64,000 nt of DNA from Solirubrobacterales bacterium (GTDB lineage: Bacteria; Actinomycetota; Thermoleophilia; Solirubrobacterales; 70-9), in NCBI GenBank assembly GCA_033856415.1, contig JAWVFA010000045.1, positions 33,162-97,161 on the forward strand. The letters run 5' to 3'. Made by a program: the position numbers and the translations under genes. Shown here one piece after another: positions 11,365-20,182 of the stretch (position 1 is the stretch's first letter; each line of letters opens with the position of its first letter). Under the pieces are notes generated by a model, which saw only the letters and a list, made by a program, of their open reading frames with translations, was not told the origin of the DNA and did no database searches.

Positions 11365-11562
11365 ATGACCGCGAAGGCCATGCAGCCCCAGGAAATCAAA
11401 TCCCTCGTTGAATCCGGCACGTATAGACCGGACCCGGCGCAGGTCGCGATGGCGATGCTCAGCCGTCGCGGCATCCGCGAGCTCCTGACCGGGATCCACG
11501 CGACGGCGCCGCGAAATGGTCATAACCCGGGGCCTCCAGCCGTCCGCCCCCGGGCAGCCTGA
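11365..11562 (+). CDS. Possible small FlgM-like (anti-sigma-28 family) protein
   Basis: QEIKSLVESGTYRPDPAQVAMAMLS resembles the conserved C-terminal helix region of FlgM. The ORF is short and its tail overlaps the thiL 3' end convergently. Confidence 0.3.
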   Translation: MTAKAMQPQEIKSLVESGTYRPDPAQVAMAMLSRRGIRELLTGIHATAPRNGHNPGPPAVRPRAA

Positions 11563-12490
11563 TTTCGACCCCTTCTCCGTCTGCCACCTGCCCGACCACG
11601 GTGAGGCTCGACTCCCCGGCTGCCGCGACTCCCGCCGAGGCGTCTGCGAGCGCGTCGGACGGCAACGTGGCGAGGAGCTCGTAGTCCTCGCCGCCCGACG
11701 CGGCGAGCCACAGAGGGTCTAGCCCAGCCGCGGTGGCGATCTCGGCTACCCCGGTGGTCAGCGGCAACGAGCTCGACTCGATCTCAAGGGCGACGCCGCT
11801 CGCCGCGGCGAGGTGACCCGCGTCGCCCGCGAGGCCGTCGCTGAGGTCGATCATCGCGCGGGCGCCCGCAGCCGCCAGGGCACGACCGGTCAGGAGTCGC
11901 GGTGAGGGGTCGAGCTGACGCGTGCGGAGTTCATTGGCGACGCTCGTCGGAACCGCCGTCGCGAGTTCTGGGTCGTCGAGCAGGAGCCGGCCCGCCGCCG
12001 CACCGCCGATCTCCCCGGTGAGCACGACGACGTCGCCGGGCCGGGCGCCTCCGCGGCTGACGAGCTGCTCTGGTTTTTGCGCGTGGCCGACGACCGTTAC
12101 CGCCAGGATAAGAACCGGTGCCCGGGTCAGGTCTCCCCCGGCGAGGGTGGTACCCGTCTCCGCCGCGAGCTCGAGCATTCCGTCGAGCAAGGTGAGGAAT
12201 TCGTCCTCGCCGAGGTCGCCGGGGGCGCCAAGGGCGACGTAGGCCTCGCCTGCTTCGCCGCCCATCGCGGCGAGATCGGAGAGCGCGGTGGCGATAGCCT
12301 TGCGACCGATCGTCTCCAACCCGGCCTCGCCGCGGCGGAAGTGAACCCCCTCGACTATGGCGTCGACTGAGGTCGCCGTGGCCCCGCCGGGAACCGTGAC
12401 GGCGGCGTCGTCGCCGCTGCCGAGCTCGAGCCTCGATCCGCCCGCCGGCAGACGCTCGCGCAGCTTCGCCAGCAACTCGAACTCGCCCAT
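11459..12490 (-). CDS. thiL: Thiamine-monophosphate kinase
   Basis: MGEFELLAKLRERL...GDDAAV...VEGVHF...AIATALSDLAAMG...GYDHF is the ThiL pattern. The start is the internal ATG at 12490. Confidence 0.88.
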   Translation of the reverse strand: MGEFELLAKLRERLPAGGSRLELGSGDDAAVTVPGGATATSVDAIVEGVHFRRGEAGLETIGRKAIATALSDLAAMGGEAGEAYVALGAPGDLGEDEFLTLLDGMLELAAETGTTLAGGDLTRAPVLILAVTVVGHAQKPEQLVSRGGARPGDVVVLTGEIGGAAAGRLLLDDPELATAVPTSVANELRTRQLDPSPRLLTGRALAAAGARAMIDLSDGLAGDAGHLAAASGVALEIESSSLPLTTGVAEIATAAGLDPLWLAASGGEDYELLATLPSDALADASAGVAAAGESSLTVVGQVADGEGVEIRLPGGGRLEAPGYDHFAAPSRGSRSGARGCRDG

Positions 12491-12514
12491 CACCCGACTA
12501 TTCCAGACACTAAG

Positions 12515-13588
12515 GTGCGAACGGACGTGGAGAGCCGCCAACCATTCCTGCACCGGGTAGGCGAGGCTGGGTCGCGGGTCGGCAAAAAGCCGCCCCGCAG
12601 CCGCAAAGTTCGTCTCGCCCTCCAGATCGGCCTCGCCGTCTTGATCTTCGGCTTCCTCGTTCTCACGGTCATCGACCAGTGGTCGGAGATCCAGGACGAG
12701 GGCGTGCACTTCCACGTCGGCTGGCTGGTCCCGGCGATCGTCATCCTCCCCTTCTTCTTCGTCCTCAGCGCCTACGGCTGGGATCTGACCCTGCGGTTCC
12801 TGGGCTACCGGATCGGGTTCGGCCGGGCGCAGGTCGCCTGGGGACAGCCGCTGCTGGCGCGCTACGTGCCCGGCAGCGTCCTCTACGTGCTGGGGCGGCT
12901 TCTGCTCTCCGAGCGGGCAGGAATCCCGCGGCGGATCACGATCACGAGCATCGTCTATGAACAGGCCGTCTCGGCGACCTCAGCGATCGTCGTCGCCTCT
13001 TACTTCATCATCAAGCACCCGGACCTCCAGGGCGAGCCATGGCGCTGGGGGGTGCTGCTGTTGATCCCGGCGGCGATCGTCGTCCTGCATCCGAGGATCT
13101 TCGGTCCCCTCGCCAACTGGGCCCTGCGCAAGTTCGGGCGCGAGCCCCTCCCCGTCTTCGTTCCCCTGCACGGCATTCTCGCCCTGATCGCCTTCTACAT
13201 GTTGAACTGGGTCGTGATCGCCCTCGGCCTCTACTGCGTGGCGCGCTCGGTCACCTTCATCCCCTTCGAAGACGTCCTCCTGGTCGGCGCCGCGCAGGCG
13301 ATCGGCTACGTCGCAGCCCTGGTGACGCTGATCGCGCCAGCGGGTCTCGGCGTCAAGGACGCCGCCTTCGCCTGGGCGATGAAGTCGGCCCTGCCGAGTA
13401 AGAGCTTCGCCCTCGGGTCGCTGATCGCGATCGCCGTGCGCGGGGTGCTGACGCTGGCCGAATTGATCTACGTCGGCGGGGTGACCGCGCTGGGGCGGCG
13501 CGAGGGTTGGAGCATCGACACCGGGATCCTGCATCCGTCCGCTGAGGAGGAAGAGGCGGAGCGGCAAGGCGCGGCGCAGTCGAGCTGA
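12515..13588 (+). CDS. UPF0104 / lysyl-PG-synthase-TM-region-like (flippase-like) membrane protein
   Basis: 357 aa and polytopic. The pattern of a basic N-terminus followed by 7-8 TM helices is typical of the family as I recall it. Confidence 0.55.
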   Translation: MRTDVESRQPFLHRVGEAGSRVGKKPPRSRKVRLALQIGLAVLIFGFLVLTVIDQWSEIQDEGVHFHVGWLVPAIVILPFFFVLSAYGWDLTLRFLGYRIGFGRAQVAWGQPLLARYVPGSVLYVLGRLLLSERAGIPRRITITSIVYEQAVSATSAIVVASYFIIKHPDLQGEPWRWGVLLLIPAAIVVLHPRIFGPLANWALRKFGREPLPVFVPLHGILALIAFYMLNWVVIALGLYCVARSVTFIPFEDVLLVGAAQAIGYVAALVTLIAPAGLGVKDAAFAWAMKSALPSKSFALGSLIAIAVRGVLTLAELIYVGGVTALGRREGWSIDTGILHPSAEEEEAERQGAAQSS

Positions 13589-13600
13589 GGGACTGGTGGG

Positions 13601-13620
13601 GGAGGGGTCCGACCCCCTCC
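13601..13620. repeat. GC-rich palindromic unit GGAGGGGTCCGACCCCCTCC (left copy)
   Basis: This is the exact reverse complement of 13693..13712. Each copy can also fold on itself. It lies between convergent gene ends. Confidence 0.8.
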
Positions 13621-13692
13621 TCTCTCAACTGGCTCGGGTGGTTCGTGGATAGCCGGTCCGAGGTTCGCTCGACCGAGAAGTACAAGCCGTTC

Positions 13693-13712
13693 GGAGGGGG
13701 TCGGACCCCTCC
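13693..13712. repeat. GC-rich palindromic unit GGAGGGGGTCGGACCCCTCC (right, inverted copy)
   Basis: This is the exact reverse complement of 13601..13620. Confidence 0.8.
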
Positions 13713-13730
13713 TGCGACCGTGGCTATCTC

Positions 13731-14837
13731 TCAGAGCGGGATGCGGGCGCCGAGCTGGTAGGCGGTGACGGAGAGGGTCAGTAGCTGGAGCGGGCGGTCT
13801 CTGGAGATCGCTGCCAGGGGGAGGAGCCAGATTAGGTACCAGGGGAGGAGCCAGGCCGTGGCGAGGAGGAGGGCGAGGTTGGCCCAGGCGGAGGCGCGGA
13901 CCCAGTCGCCGCCACGCCAGGTCCAGGCGAGGAGGTGGGCAATCGCGGCGAGGAAGACGATCGCGGCGACGAGGCGGGTCGCGTCTGGGTCAAGGCTGGT
14001 CAGGCGGGCCGCCAGGAGCGGGATGCTCATGTAGCTGGTCCGGCTCTGGTTCTCACCGGCGAGGCCGAACCCGTGCAGCCAATCCCATCCGAACGCGAGC
14101 CAGGCCGCCAGCGCAATGGCCGCCCCCGCGCCGAGCGCTCCGGCTAGAAATCCGCCGACGGGACGAAAAGCGGTTGTTGTAAACGCTTTTCGTCCCGTCG
14201 GCGCCGAGCCGCGTGCGCCGAGGAGGGCAAAGGGGGCTATGAGGGCGGCGGAGGCCTTGGTGGCGACCGCGGCGGCGAGGGCGAAGCCGCCCGAGAGCTC
14301 GCGGGCGCTGAGGAGGGCAGCGACAGCGAGCATTGCCAGCAGCATCGTCAGGCCGTCGTTGTGGGCGCCGCCGACGACGTGGACGAGGACGAGCGGGTTG
14401 AGGGCGACGAAGGCGGCCGCGCGCAGCGGGTCGACGCCGCGCCAGGCGGCGAGGCGGGAGACGAGGGCGGCGATTCCCAGGACCGAGAGCGCTGCGACCG
14501 CCTTCAGCACCGCCACCGCGACGCCGACCGGGAGCCAGGCGAGCGGGTAGGTCGCGAGGGTGAAGAGCGGCCCGTAGGCGCTGGTCGCTTCGGTCCAGGT
14601 GACGTTGGCGTAGGCCGGATCCGCGGGCGCCGCCAGGGGCGGGTGAACGTAGGGATCGAGTCCGTGCCGGACCCCGAGCCGGGCGTAGTCGACGTAGCTG
14701 TAGACGTCGTGGGAGAGGAGGACGGGGGCGATGGCGAAGGCGCTGACGAGCGCGACGATCGCGCCCCAGACGACCCGCTTACCGAGTCGCGGCGCAAGGG
14801 CAAGGACCCCGAGGTAGCCGGCGAACCCGGCCCACAT
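13731..14837 (-). CDS. GT-C type polytopic membrane glycosyl/mannosyl-transferase (DUF2029/GT87-like)
   Basis: The SHDVYSYVDYARLG motif near the first loop and about 10 TM helices resemble MptB/PimE-like polyprenol-phosphate-sugar dependent transferases. Confidence 0.55.
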   Translation of the reverse strand: MWAGFAGYLGVLALAPRLGKRVVWGAIVALVSAFAIAPVLLSHDVYSYVDYARLGVRHGLDPYVHPPLAAPADPAYANVTWTEATSAYGPLFTLATYPLAWLPVGVAVAVLKAVAALSVLGIAALVSRLAAWRGVDPLRAAAFVALNPLVLVHVVGGAHNDGLTMLLAMLAVAALLSARELSGGFALAAAVATKASAALIAPFALLGARGSAPTGRKAFTTTAFRPVGGFLAGALGAGAAIALAAWLAFGWDWLHGFGLAGENQSRTSYMSIPLLAARLTSLDPDATRLVAAIVFLAAIAHLLAWTWRGGDWVRASAWANLALLLATAWLLPWYLIWLLPLAAISRDRPLQLLTLSVTAYQLGARIPL

Positions 14838-14869
14838 CAGGGCGAAGGCGAGCCCGGGATCGATTGCGC

Positions 14870-17008
14870 CTACCCGCCCCCGTTATCGCCGCCGCCGGCC
14901 TCCTGCGAGGGCGAGGGCGGCGGTGCCGGCGTGGGGTACGGTTCCTGCCCCGCCCCCGGTGCGTAGGCGTTCGGGTCGTAGCCGCCGACCGCGGCGCTTC
15001 CGGGCGGCGGCGACTCGTTGCCTTCCCCGCCGCTGCTACTACCCCCGCCGAGACTGCCGTCGTCGCTTGGGCTCGAGCTCGCGTAGCGCCCGTAGAACGG
15101 GGCCCAGCTGATTTGCCGGCTCGGTTCCTCGAACTCCTCGCAGGGCACACCCGCGCCGGTGTAGAGCGAGTGCCAGATTTCGGCTGGGAAGGTGCCGCCG
15201 AAGACCGTCCTGCCGTGGACGCTCGACATCGAGATGTCGTTCGACTCCGGGTAGCCGACCCAGACCACGGTCGCCAGGTTGGGTTGGTAGCCGGCGAACC
15301 AGGCGTCGGTGTATTCGTCGGTGGTGCCGGTCTTCCCGGCCTGCCCGGCGCAGCCGGTGTAGGCGGCGGTTCCGGTGCCTTCGGTGATGTTGTCGTGCAG
15401 GAGCCGGGTCACCTCCCAGGCGACCGCCGGCGAGACCACCTTCTGCGGCTTCGAGGCTTCGGGATGGTCGACGTGGCCGTTGGGGAAGACGACCTTGGCG
15501 ACGGCGACCGGCTTGCGGTGCTGGCCGCCGTCGGCGAGGGTCGCGTAGGCGCTCGACATCTCCAGCGGCGAAACGCCGATCCGCAACCCGCCGATCCCCT
15601 CGGCCGGGATCCCGTCGAGCGGCGAGACGATCCCCATCTGGTGCGCGGTCGCCGCCACTGCCGCCGGGCCGACGTCGAGGTCGAGCTGGGCGAAGACGGT
15701 GTTGTCGGAGGCGACCGTCGCCTGCTGCAGGTTGACCGTCCCCAGATAGCCTTCGTCGGCGGTGTGCACCGTCCAGTGCCCCCACTGCGGCAGGTAGAGG
15801 TCGAGCGGTTTCGAGGTGTAGTAGGTCGAGTAGGGGTCGATTCCCTGACGGATCGCCGTCGTCAGGACGAAGGTCTTGAAGGTCGAGCCGGGCTGGCGGT
15901 GACCCTGGGCGGCAAGGTTGAACTTGCTCGCTTCGTAGTTGGAGCTCGAGACCATCGCTCGGATGTGGCCGTTGCGGGGGTCGATCGAGACGAGCGCCGC
16001 AGAGGGGTCGGTCGAGTAGGGCAGCGCCGAGCGCATCGCTTCTAGGCCGACTTCCTGCAGCTCCGGCTCGATCGTGGTCTGGACCTCGAGCCCGCCGCGG
16101 CGCACGGTGTTCGCTCCGTACTCCTCGATCAGCCTGTTTTCGACGTAGTCGAAGAAGTAGGGCTCGCGGTGCTCGAAGTAGCCCTCGTCGAGGTTCACCC
16201 GCAGGCCGCTTGCCATCACCGCCCGCGCCCGCTCCTCGCTGACGTACCCGAGCTTGGCCATCTGGCGGAGGACCTGGTCGCGGCGGGCCCTCGCCGCCTT
16301 CGGCGCCAGCAGCGGGTTGTATTCGGAGGGCGCCTGCGGCAGCCCCGCTAGCAGCGCCGCTTCGGGCAGCTTCAGCTGAGAGACCGGCTTCGAGAAGAAG
16401 ATCTTGGCGGCGGCGCCGACCCCGACCGCGGTTGTCCCTTCCACCGTCCCGTATGAGGCGACGTTCAGGTAGGAGCCGAGGATTTCCTTGCGGCTGTGAT
16501 GTTCGGCGTACTCGATCGCCAGTTGCGCCTCTTCGATCTTTCGCTCCAGCGTCCGCTGCGGGTTGTCGATGCAGAGGTTGCGGACCAGCTGCTGGGTGAT
16601 CGTCGAGCCGCCCTCGACCGCTTCGCCCGCTTCCAGGTCTTTGACCGCGGCGCGCAGGATTCCCTCGTAGTCGAGCCCGTCGTGCTGGTAGAAGCGCTGG
16701 TCCTCGATCGCGACCGTCGCCAGCTGGACGCTCTTCGGGACGCGGTCGATCGAGACCAACGAGCGGACCTGCGGCGAGGCCACGGTTCCCAGCTTCGACC
16801 CGTCGGCGGCGTAGATCACCGTGTTGCCGCCCTTGTCGATCGGTTTGCAGGTCGCCAGCGAGGGGGCGTCGGCGGCGACGTCGAGGACCCACGAGGTGAC
16901 GGCGATGACGGCGATCGCGAGCACGGCGAAGACGCCGCCGAAGACGATCATGAGCTTGGCGCCGATCCCCCCATGACGGCGCTGACGTCGCCGAGTGCGC
17001 TGCGTCAT
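14870..17008 (-). CDS. Class A penicillin-binding protein (transglycosylase + transpeptidase)
   Basis: GT51 motifs are AIEDQRFYQHDG and GGSTITQQL. Transpeptidase motifs are SxxK (STFK), SDN and KTGT. The C-terminal tail is rich in Gly, Ser and Pro. Confidence 0.9.
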   Translation of the reverse strand: MTQRTRRRQRRHGGIGAKLMIVFGGVFAVLAIAVIAVTSWVLDVAADAPSLATCKPIDKGGNTVIYAADGSKLGTVASPQVRSLVSIDRVPKSVQLATVAIEDQRFYQHDGLDYEGILRAAVKDLEAGEAVEGGSTITQQLVRNLCIDNPQRTLERKIEEAQLAIEYAEHHSRKEILGSYLNVASYGTVEGTTAVGVGAAAKIFFSKPVSQLKLPEAALLAGLPQAPSEYNPLLAPKAARARRDQVLRQMAKLGYVSEERARAVMASGLRVNLDEGYFEHREPYFFDYVENRLIEEYGANTVRRGGLEVQTTIEPELQEVGLEAMRSALPYSTDPSAALVSIDPRNGHIRAMVSSSNYEASKFNLAAQGHRQPGSTFKTFVLTTAIRQGIDPYSTYYTSKPLDLYLPQWGHWTVHTADEGYLGTVNLQQATVASDNTVFAQLDLDVGPAAVAATAHQMGIVSPLDGIPAEGIGGLRIGVSPLEMSSAYATLADGGQHRKPVAVAKVVFPNGHVDHPEASKPQKVVSPAVAWEVTRLLHDNITEGTGTAAYTGCAGQAGKTGTTDEYTDAWFAGYQPNLATVVWVGYPESNDISMSSVHGRTVFGGTFPAEIWHSLYTGAGVPCEEFEEPSRQISWAPFYGRYASSSPSDDGSLGGGSSSGGEGNESPPPGSAAVGGYDPNAYAPGAGQEPYPTPAPPPSPSQEAGGGDNGGG

Positions 17009-17038
17009 CGCAAAAAGGGTACTTCGCGCCCGTTGCCG

Positions 17039-17455
17039 TCAGGCGACGGTGTCTTCGGTCGAATGGTTGTGGACGATCCCTTCGGTCAGGAGCTGGTTGG
17101 GGATCACCACGGAGCTGCCGTCGCCGGGGTCGACGTAGGTGTAGGAGAGGGTGATGTCGGTGACCCGGCCCTCGCGCTCTTCGAAGCTGACCCGGTCGCC
17201 GATCCGGATCGGCTGCGAGATGGCGATCTGGACTCCGGCGATCATGTTGGCGAGGGTCCGCTGCGCGGCGAAGCCGACGACCGCGACGACGAGCGCGGTG
17301 GAGGCGAGGACGCCGGTCGCCAGCTCCTTCAGCTCGGTGAACTGACTCAGCGCCAGCATCGCGGCGATCAGGAAGACGACGAGGAAAGCGAGGCGGCGGA
17401 GGATGCGCAGCCGGGTCCGAGTCGAGCGTGAGACCTGTGAGACTGCGGGCGACAT
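17039..17455 (-). CDS. Small MscS-family mechanosensitive channel-like protein
   Basis: GFAAQRTLANMIAGVQIAISQPIRIGDRV...GRVTDITLSYT is the MscS TM3/beta-domain signature. I chose the internal ATG at 17455; the upstream part of the track ORF looks non-coding. Confidence 0.6.
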   Translation of the reverse strand: MSPAVSQVSRSTRTRLRILRRLAFLVVFLIAAMLALSQFTELKELATGVLASTALVVAVVGFAAQRTLANMIAGVQIAISQPIRIGDRVSFEEREGRVTDITLSYTYVDPGDGSSVVIPNQLLTEGIVHNHSTEDTVA

Positions 17456-18161
17456 GGAGAGCAACCTAGCCACCGCGCCTGTCGAAGCGGCCGCCGGGCG
17501 AGATTTTCCGCCGTCTAACTGGGGGCCTTCGGGGGCGCTGCTGGGCGCAGTGCTGGCCATTGTCGTCGGCCTCATCCTCGGCCTGCCGGCGATCGCCTTC
17601 ACCGATTCGGCGGGTGATCTGACGACCGCCGGCAACGTGATTGCCCAGGTCGGCCTCGTCCTCGGCCTCCTCGGGGTGCCGCTCGCGGTTGCCCACTCTC
17701 GCGGGGCGCGCACGCTGGCGGAGTGTCTGTGGAGATTGGGGGTGCAGCCGTTCCGGCCCTCGGCCCTGAAGTGGATGGCCGCATCCGTGGGCGCCTATCT
17801 CGCTTTCGCGTTCGCCTACTCCGTTCTCATCCTCGAACCCGAACAGGAAGACATCGCCGAAAGCTTCGGGCCGATTCCGATTCAGGTCCTGCTGGTTGTC
17901 CTCGGCGCCGCGATCGCCGAGGAGATCTGTTTCCGCGGGATGCTCTTTGGCGGTCTGCGCGAGCGCCTGCCGAAGGTTCCGGCGGCCCTGATCGCTGGCA
18001 CGGTGTTCGGCCTCCTGCATGCCTTCACCGGCCTCAGCGCGGTGCCGCCGCTGATCGGCTTCGGCTTTGTCTTATGCCTGCTCTACGAGAAAACCGGCTC
18101 GATCGTCCCGGGGATGCTGTTGCACGCCCTGAACAACTCTGTCGCCCTCCTCGCTCAGTAG
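17454..18161 (+). CDS. CPBP (CAAX/Abi) family intramembrane metalloprotease
   Basis: Motifs EEICFRG, FGLLH and HALNN are present. The start could be the ATG at 17454 or the ATG at 17403. Confidence 0.8.
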   Translation: MESNLATAPVEAAAGRDFPPSNWGPSGALLGAVLAIVVGLILGLPAIAFTDSAGDLTTAGNVIAQVGLVLGLLGVPLAVAHSRGARTLAECLWRLGVQPFRPSALKWMAASVGAYLAFAFAYSVLILEPEQEDIAESFGPIPIQVLLVVLGAAIAEEICFRGMLFGGLRERLPKVPAALIAGTVFGLLHAFTGLSAVPPLIGFGFVLCLLYEKTGSIVPGMLLHALNNSVALLAQ

Positions 18162-18171
18162 GATTCCGCGC

Positions 18172-19134
18172 GTGAATCGCCACCTCGTGTCCCTGCTCGC
18201 AGTCGCCTGCGCCTTCATGCTGCCGGCGACCGCGGTCGCTGCCCCGAAGCCGAAGCCCGCGCCGACCCCGGTTCCCGAGGCGACGGTGAAGGTCAAGGTC
18301 GGAAACTTGAAGAAGGGCCGCGCCGAAATCATGCAGACGGTTCCCGTCAGCGGGACTCTCGCGCCCTTCGTCGCCGGCGAGAAGGTCAAAGTCACCTTCT
18401 ACCTCGACGGGAAGATCATCTTCAGCCGCAACCTGTCGGTGCGGAAGTCCGGTGGCAAGGGCGTCTTCAAGACCAGCATCGAGGTGCGCGAGGACGGTAA
18501 GTACGCCGTCGCCGCCAAGCATGTGGCGACGCCCGACCTGGGTCCCGACAGCACCGTCCGCAAGAGCTGGAAGGTGAGCTACCCGGCGCTGCACCAGGGC
18601 CAATGCGGCGACGTCGTCGTCGGCTTCAAGAAGGCGATGCGGAAGATGGGCTACATAGCCAACGACGGCCGCTGCTTCGGCGGCAAGACCGCGCGTGGCG
18701 TCCTCGCCTACCGCAAAGTCAACGACATGACCCGAAGCATGCGGGCCGGTGCCGGACTGGTGAAGAAAGCCTTCGCCGGCAAGGGCGGCTACGAGGTTCG
18801 CCATCCGGGCGCCGGCGAGCATGTCGAGGCCCCGCTCTCCAAGCAGGTCCTGGTCTTCGCCAAGGGCGACAAGGCTTTCGCCATCTACCCGATCTCCTCC
18901 GGCAAGTACTCGACCCCCACCGTCACCGGCCACTACGAGTTCATCCGCCAGGAACCGGGCTACAACTCGCACGGGATGTACTACTCGTTCTACTTCTACG
19001 GCGGCTACGCCGTCCACGGCTACGAATCGGTGCCGGACTACCCGGCAAGCCATGGCTGCCTGCGGACCTTCATCGCCGACCAGCCCGAGATCTACAATCG
19101 CATCTTCTTCGGCGAGGACATCTTCATCTGGTGA
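18172..19134 (+). CDS. L,D-transpeptidase (YkuD) with peptidoglycan-binding domain
   Basis: Signal peptide, a PG_binding-like segment (GDVVVGFKKAMRKMGY), and the YkuD catalytic motif HGY...SHGCLR. Confidence 0.85.
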   Translation: MNRHLVSLLAVACAFMLPATAVAAPKPKPAPTPVPEATVKVKVGNLKKGRAEIMQTVPVSGTLAPFVAGEKVKVTFYLDGKIIFSRNLSVRKSGGKGVFKTSIEVREDGKYAVAAKHVATPDLGPDSTVRKSWKVSYPALHQGQCGDVVVGFKKAMRKMGYIANDGRCFGGKTARGVLAYRKVNDMTRSMRAGAGLVKKAFAGKGGYEVRHPGAGEHVEAPLSKQVLVFAKGDKAFAIYPISSGKYSTPTVTGHYEFIRQEPGYNSHGMYYSFYFYGGYAVHGYESVPDYPASHGCLRTFIADQPEIYNRIFFGEDIFIW

Positions 19135-19700
19135 GTGCGGATCTGGCTGGCGCCAAGGCGACGCTGCTTTCGGAGTTGAAGGAGCACTCGCTGATCCTTG
19201 GGGAAGTCACGCTTGCCAGTGGGGCTGTCGCTCAGTACTACGTCGACGCGCGCCGGACTTTGATGCGGCCCGCTGCGTTTCGGGCGACTGGGGAGTTGAT
19301 CGCCGCGGCGGCTAGGGAGCTTGGGGCCGAGGCGGTCGGCGGTCCCGCAACCGCGGCGATTCCGCCGGCATGTGCAGCGATCGCGGTTCCCGCAGGGCAG
19401 GACCTGGTCGCGTTCTTCGTCCGCGGGTCGCGCAAGGAGCATGGGTTGCAGAGGTGGGTCGAGGGACCCGTCGAAGCCGGGACCCGCTGCCTCGTCGTCG
19501 AGGACACGGTGACCACCGGCGGCTCTACCGCGACCGCGATCGAGCGAGTCCGGGAAGAGGGGCTCGCGGTTGCCGGCGTCGTCGCTGTCGTCGACCGGCT
19601 GGCCGGCGGCGCCGCGAAGATCGAAGCGGCCGCGGACGCCCCGTACCGGGCGTTGGTGACGATCGACGAGATCTATCCGGACCGCCCCGACCGCGGCTGA
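19131..19700 (+). CDS. pyrE: Orotate phosphoribosyltransferase
   Basis: TLASGAVAQYYVD plus the PRPP-binding loop CLVVEDTVTTGGS. The GTG start overlaps the upstream stop (GTGA). Confidence 0.88.
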   Translation: MSADLAGAKATLLSELKEHSLILGEVTLASGAVAQYYVDARRTLMRPAAFRATGELIAAAARELGAEAVGGPATAAIPPACAAIAVPAGQDLVAFFVRGSRKEHGLQRWVEGPVEAGTRCLVVEDTVTTGGSTATAIERVREEGLAVAGVVAVVDRLAGGAAKIEAAADAPYRALVTIDEIYPDRPDRG

Positions 19701-20182
19701 TGGACCCGGACGGCGCCGAGATCCGCGTCGTCGGCTGCCTGGTCGAGAAGCAGAAGACGACGCCCGACGCTTACCCGCTCTCGCTCAATGCGTTGCGGCT
19801 CGCCTGCAACCAGTCGACCAACCGCGACCCGGTTGTCGCCTATGACGAGGAGACGGTCAGCGCCGCGCTTCGCCGGCTCGCACAGCGCGGCTGGACCCGC
19901 CTAGCCAGCGGCGCCGGCAGCCGCGCCCGCAAGTACCGACACCTGCTGCCCGAGGCGCTGGACCTGAAGGACGGGGAATTGGCGCTGCTCGCGGTGCTGA
20001 TGCTGCGCGGGTCGCAGACGCCGGGAGAGCTGAAGCAGCGCAGCGAGCGCCTGCACGGCTTCGGAGATCTCGCGACTGTGCAGGAGACTCTGGAGCGACT
20101 GCTCGGGCGCGAACTGGTCATCCGCCAACCGCGGCGCCCAGGACAGAAGGAGGCGCGCTACGAGCAGGTGCTCGGCGGCTAG
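19700..20182 (+). CDS. DUF480 / YceH-family protein
   Basis: VVGCLVEKQKTTPDAYPLSLNALRLACNQSTNRDPV is the characteristic YceH N-terminus. The ATG overlaps the pyrE stop (TGATG). Confidence 0.75.
   Translation: MDPDGAEIRVVGCLVEKQKTTPDAYPLSLNALRLACNQSTNRDPVVAYDEETVSAALRRLAQRGWTRLASGAGSRARKYRHLLPEALDLKDGELALLAVLMLRGSQTPGELKQRSERLHGFGDLATVQETLERLLGRELVIRQPRRPGQKEARYEQVLGG

Noticed and set aside
14870-15110. Gly/Ser/Pro-rich low-complexity coding repeats at the PBP1A C-terminus. Similar Pro-rich tails occur in the SPFH protein (27908-28010) and in ORF 5103..5534.
   Set aside because: These are common disordered tails in high-GC Gram-positive envelope proteins. There is no periodic nucleotide repeat structure.
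15039-16892. 617-aa alternative-frame ORF overlapping the PBP gene. Similar long Arg/Pro/Gly-rich ORFs occur at 1197..2531, 20236..21711, 20705..21976, 33369..34745, 35852..37138, 39416..40747, 42652..43629, 46547..47974, 55841..57469 and 61887..63611.
   Set aside because: All have extreme Arg/Pro/Gly/Ala composition and no recognisable motifs. Each is completely covered by a homology-supported gene in another frame or on the other strand. They are high-GC artefacts.
17403-17456. Divergent mscS-like and CPBP genes whose preferred start codons share the tetranucleotide CATG (17453-17456), or overlap by 53 nt if the ATG at 17403 is used.
   Set aside because: This is most likely start-codon ambiguity in high-GC DNA, not a regulatory curiosity. 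It cannot be resolved from sequence alone.
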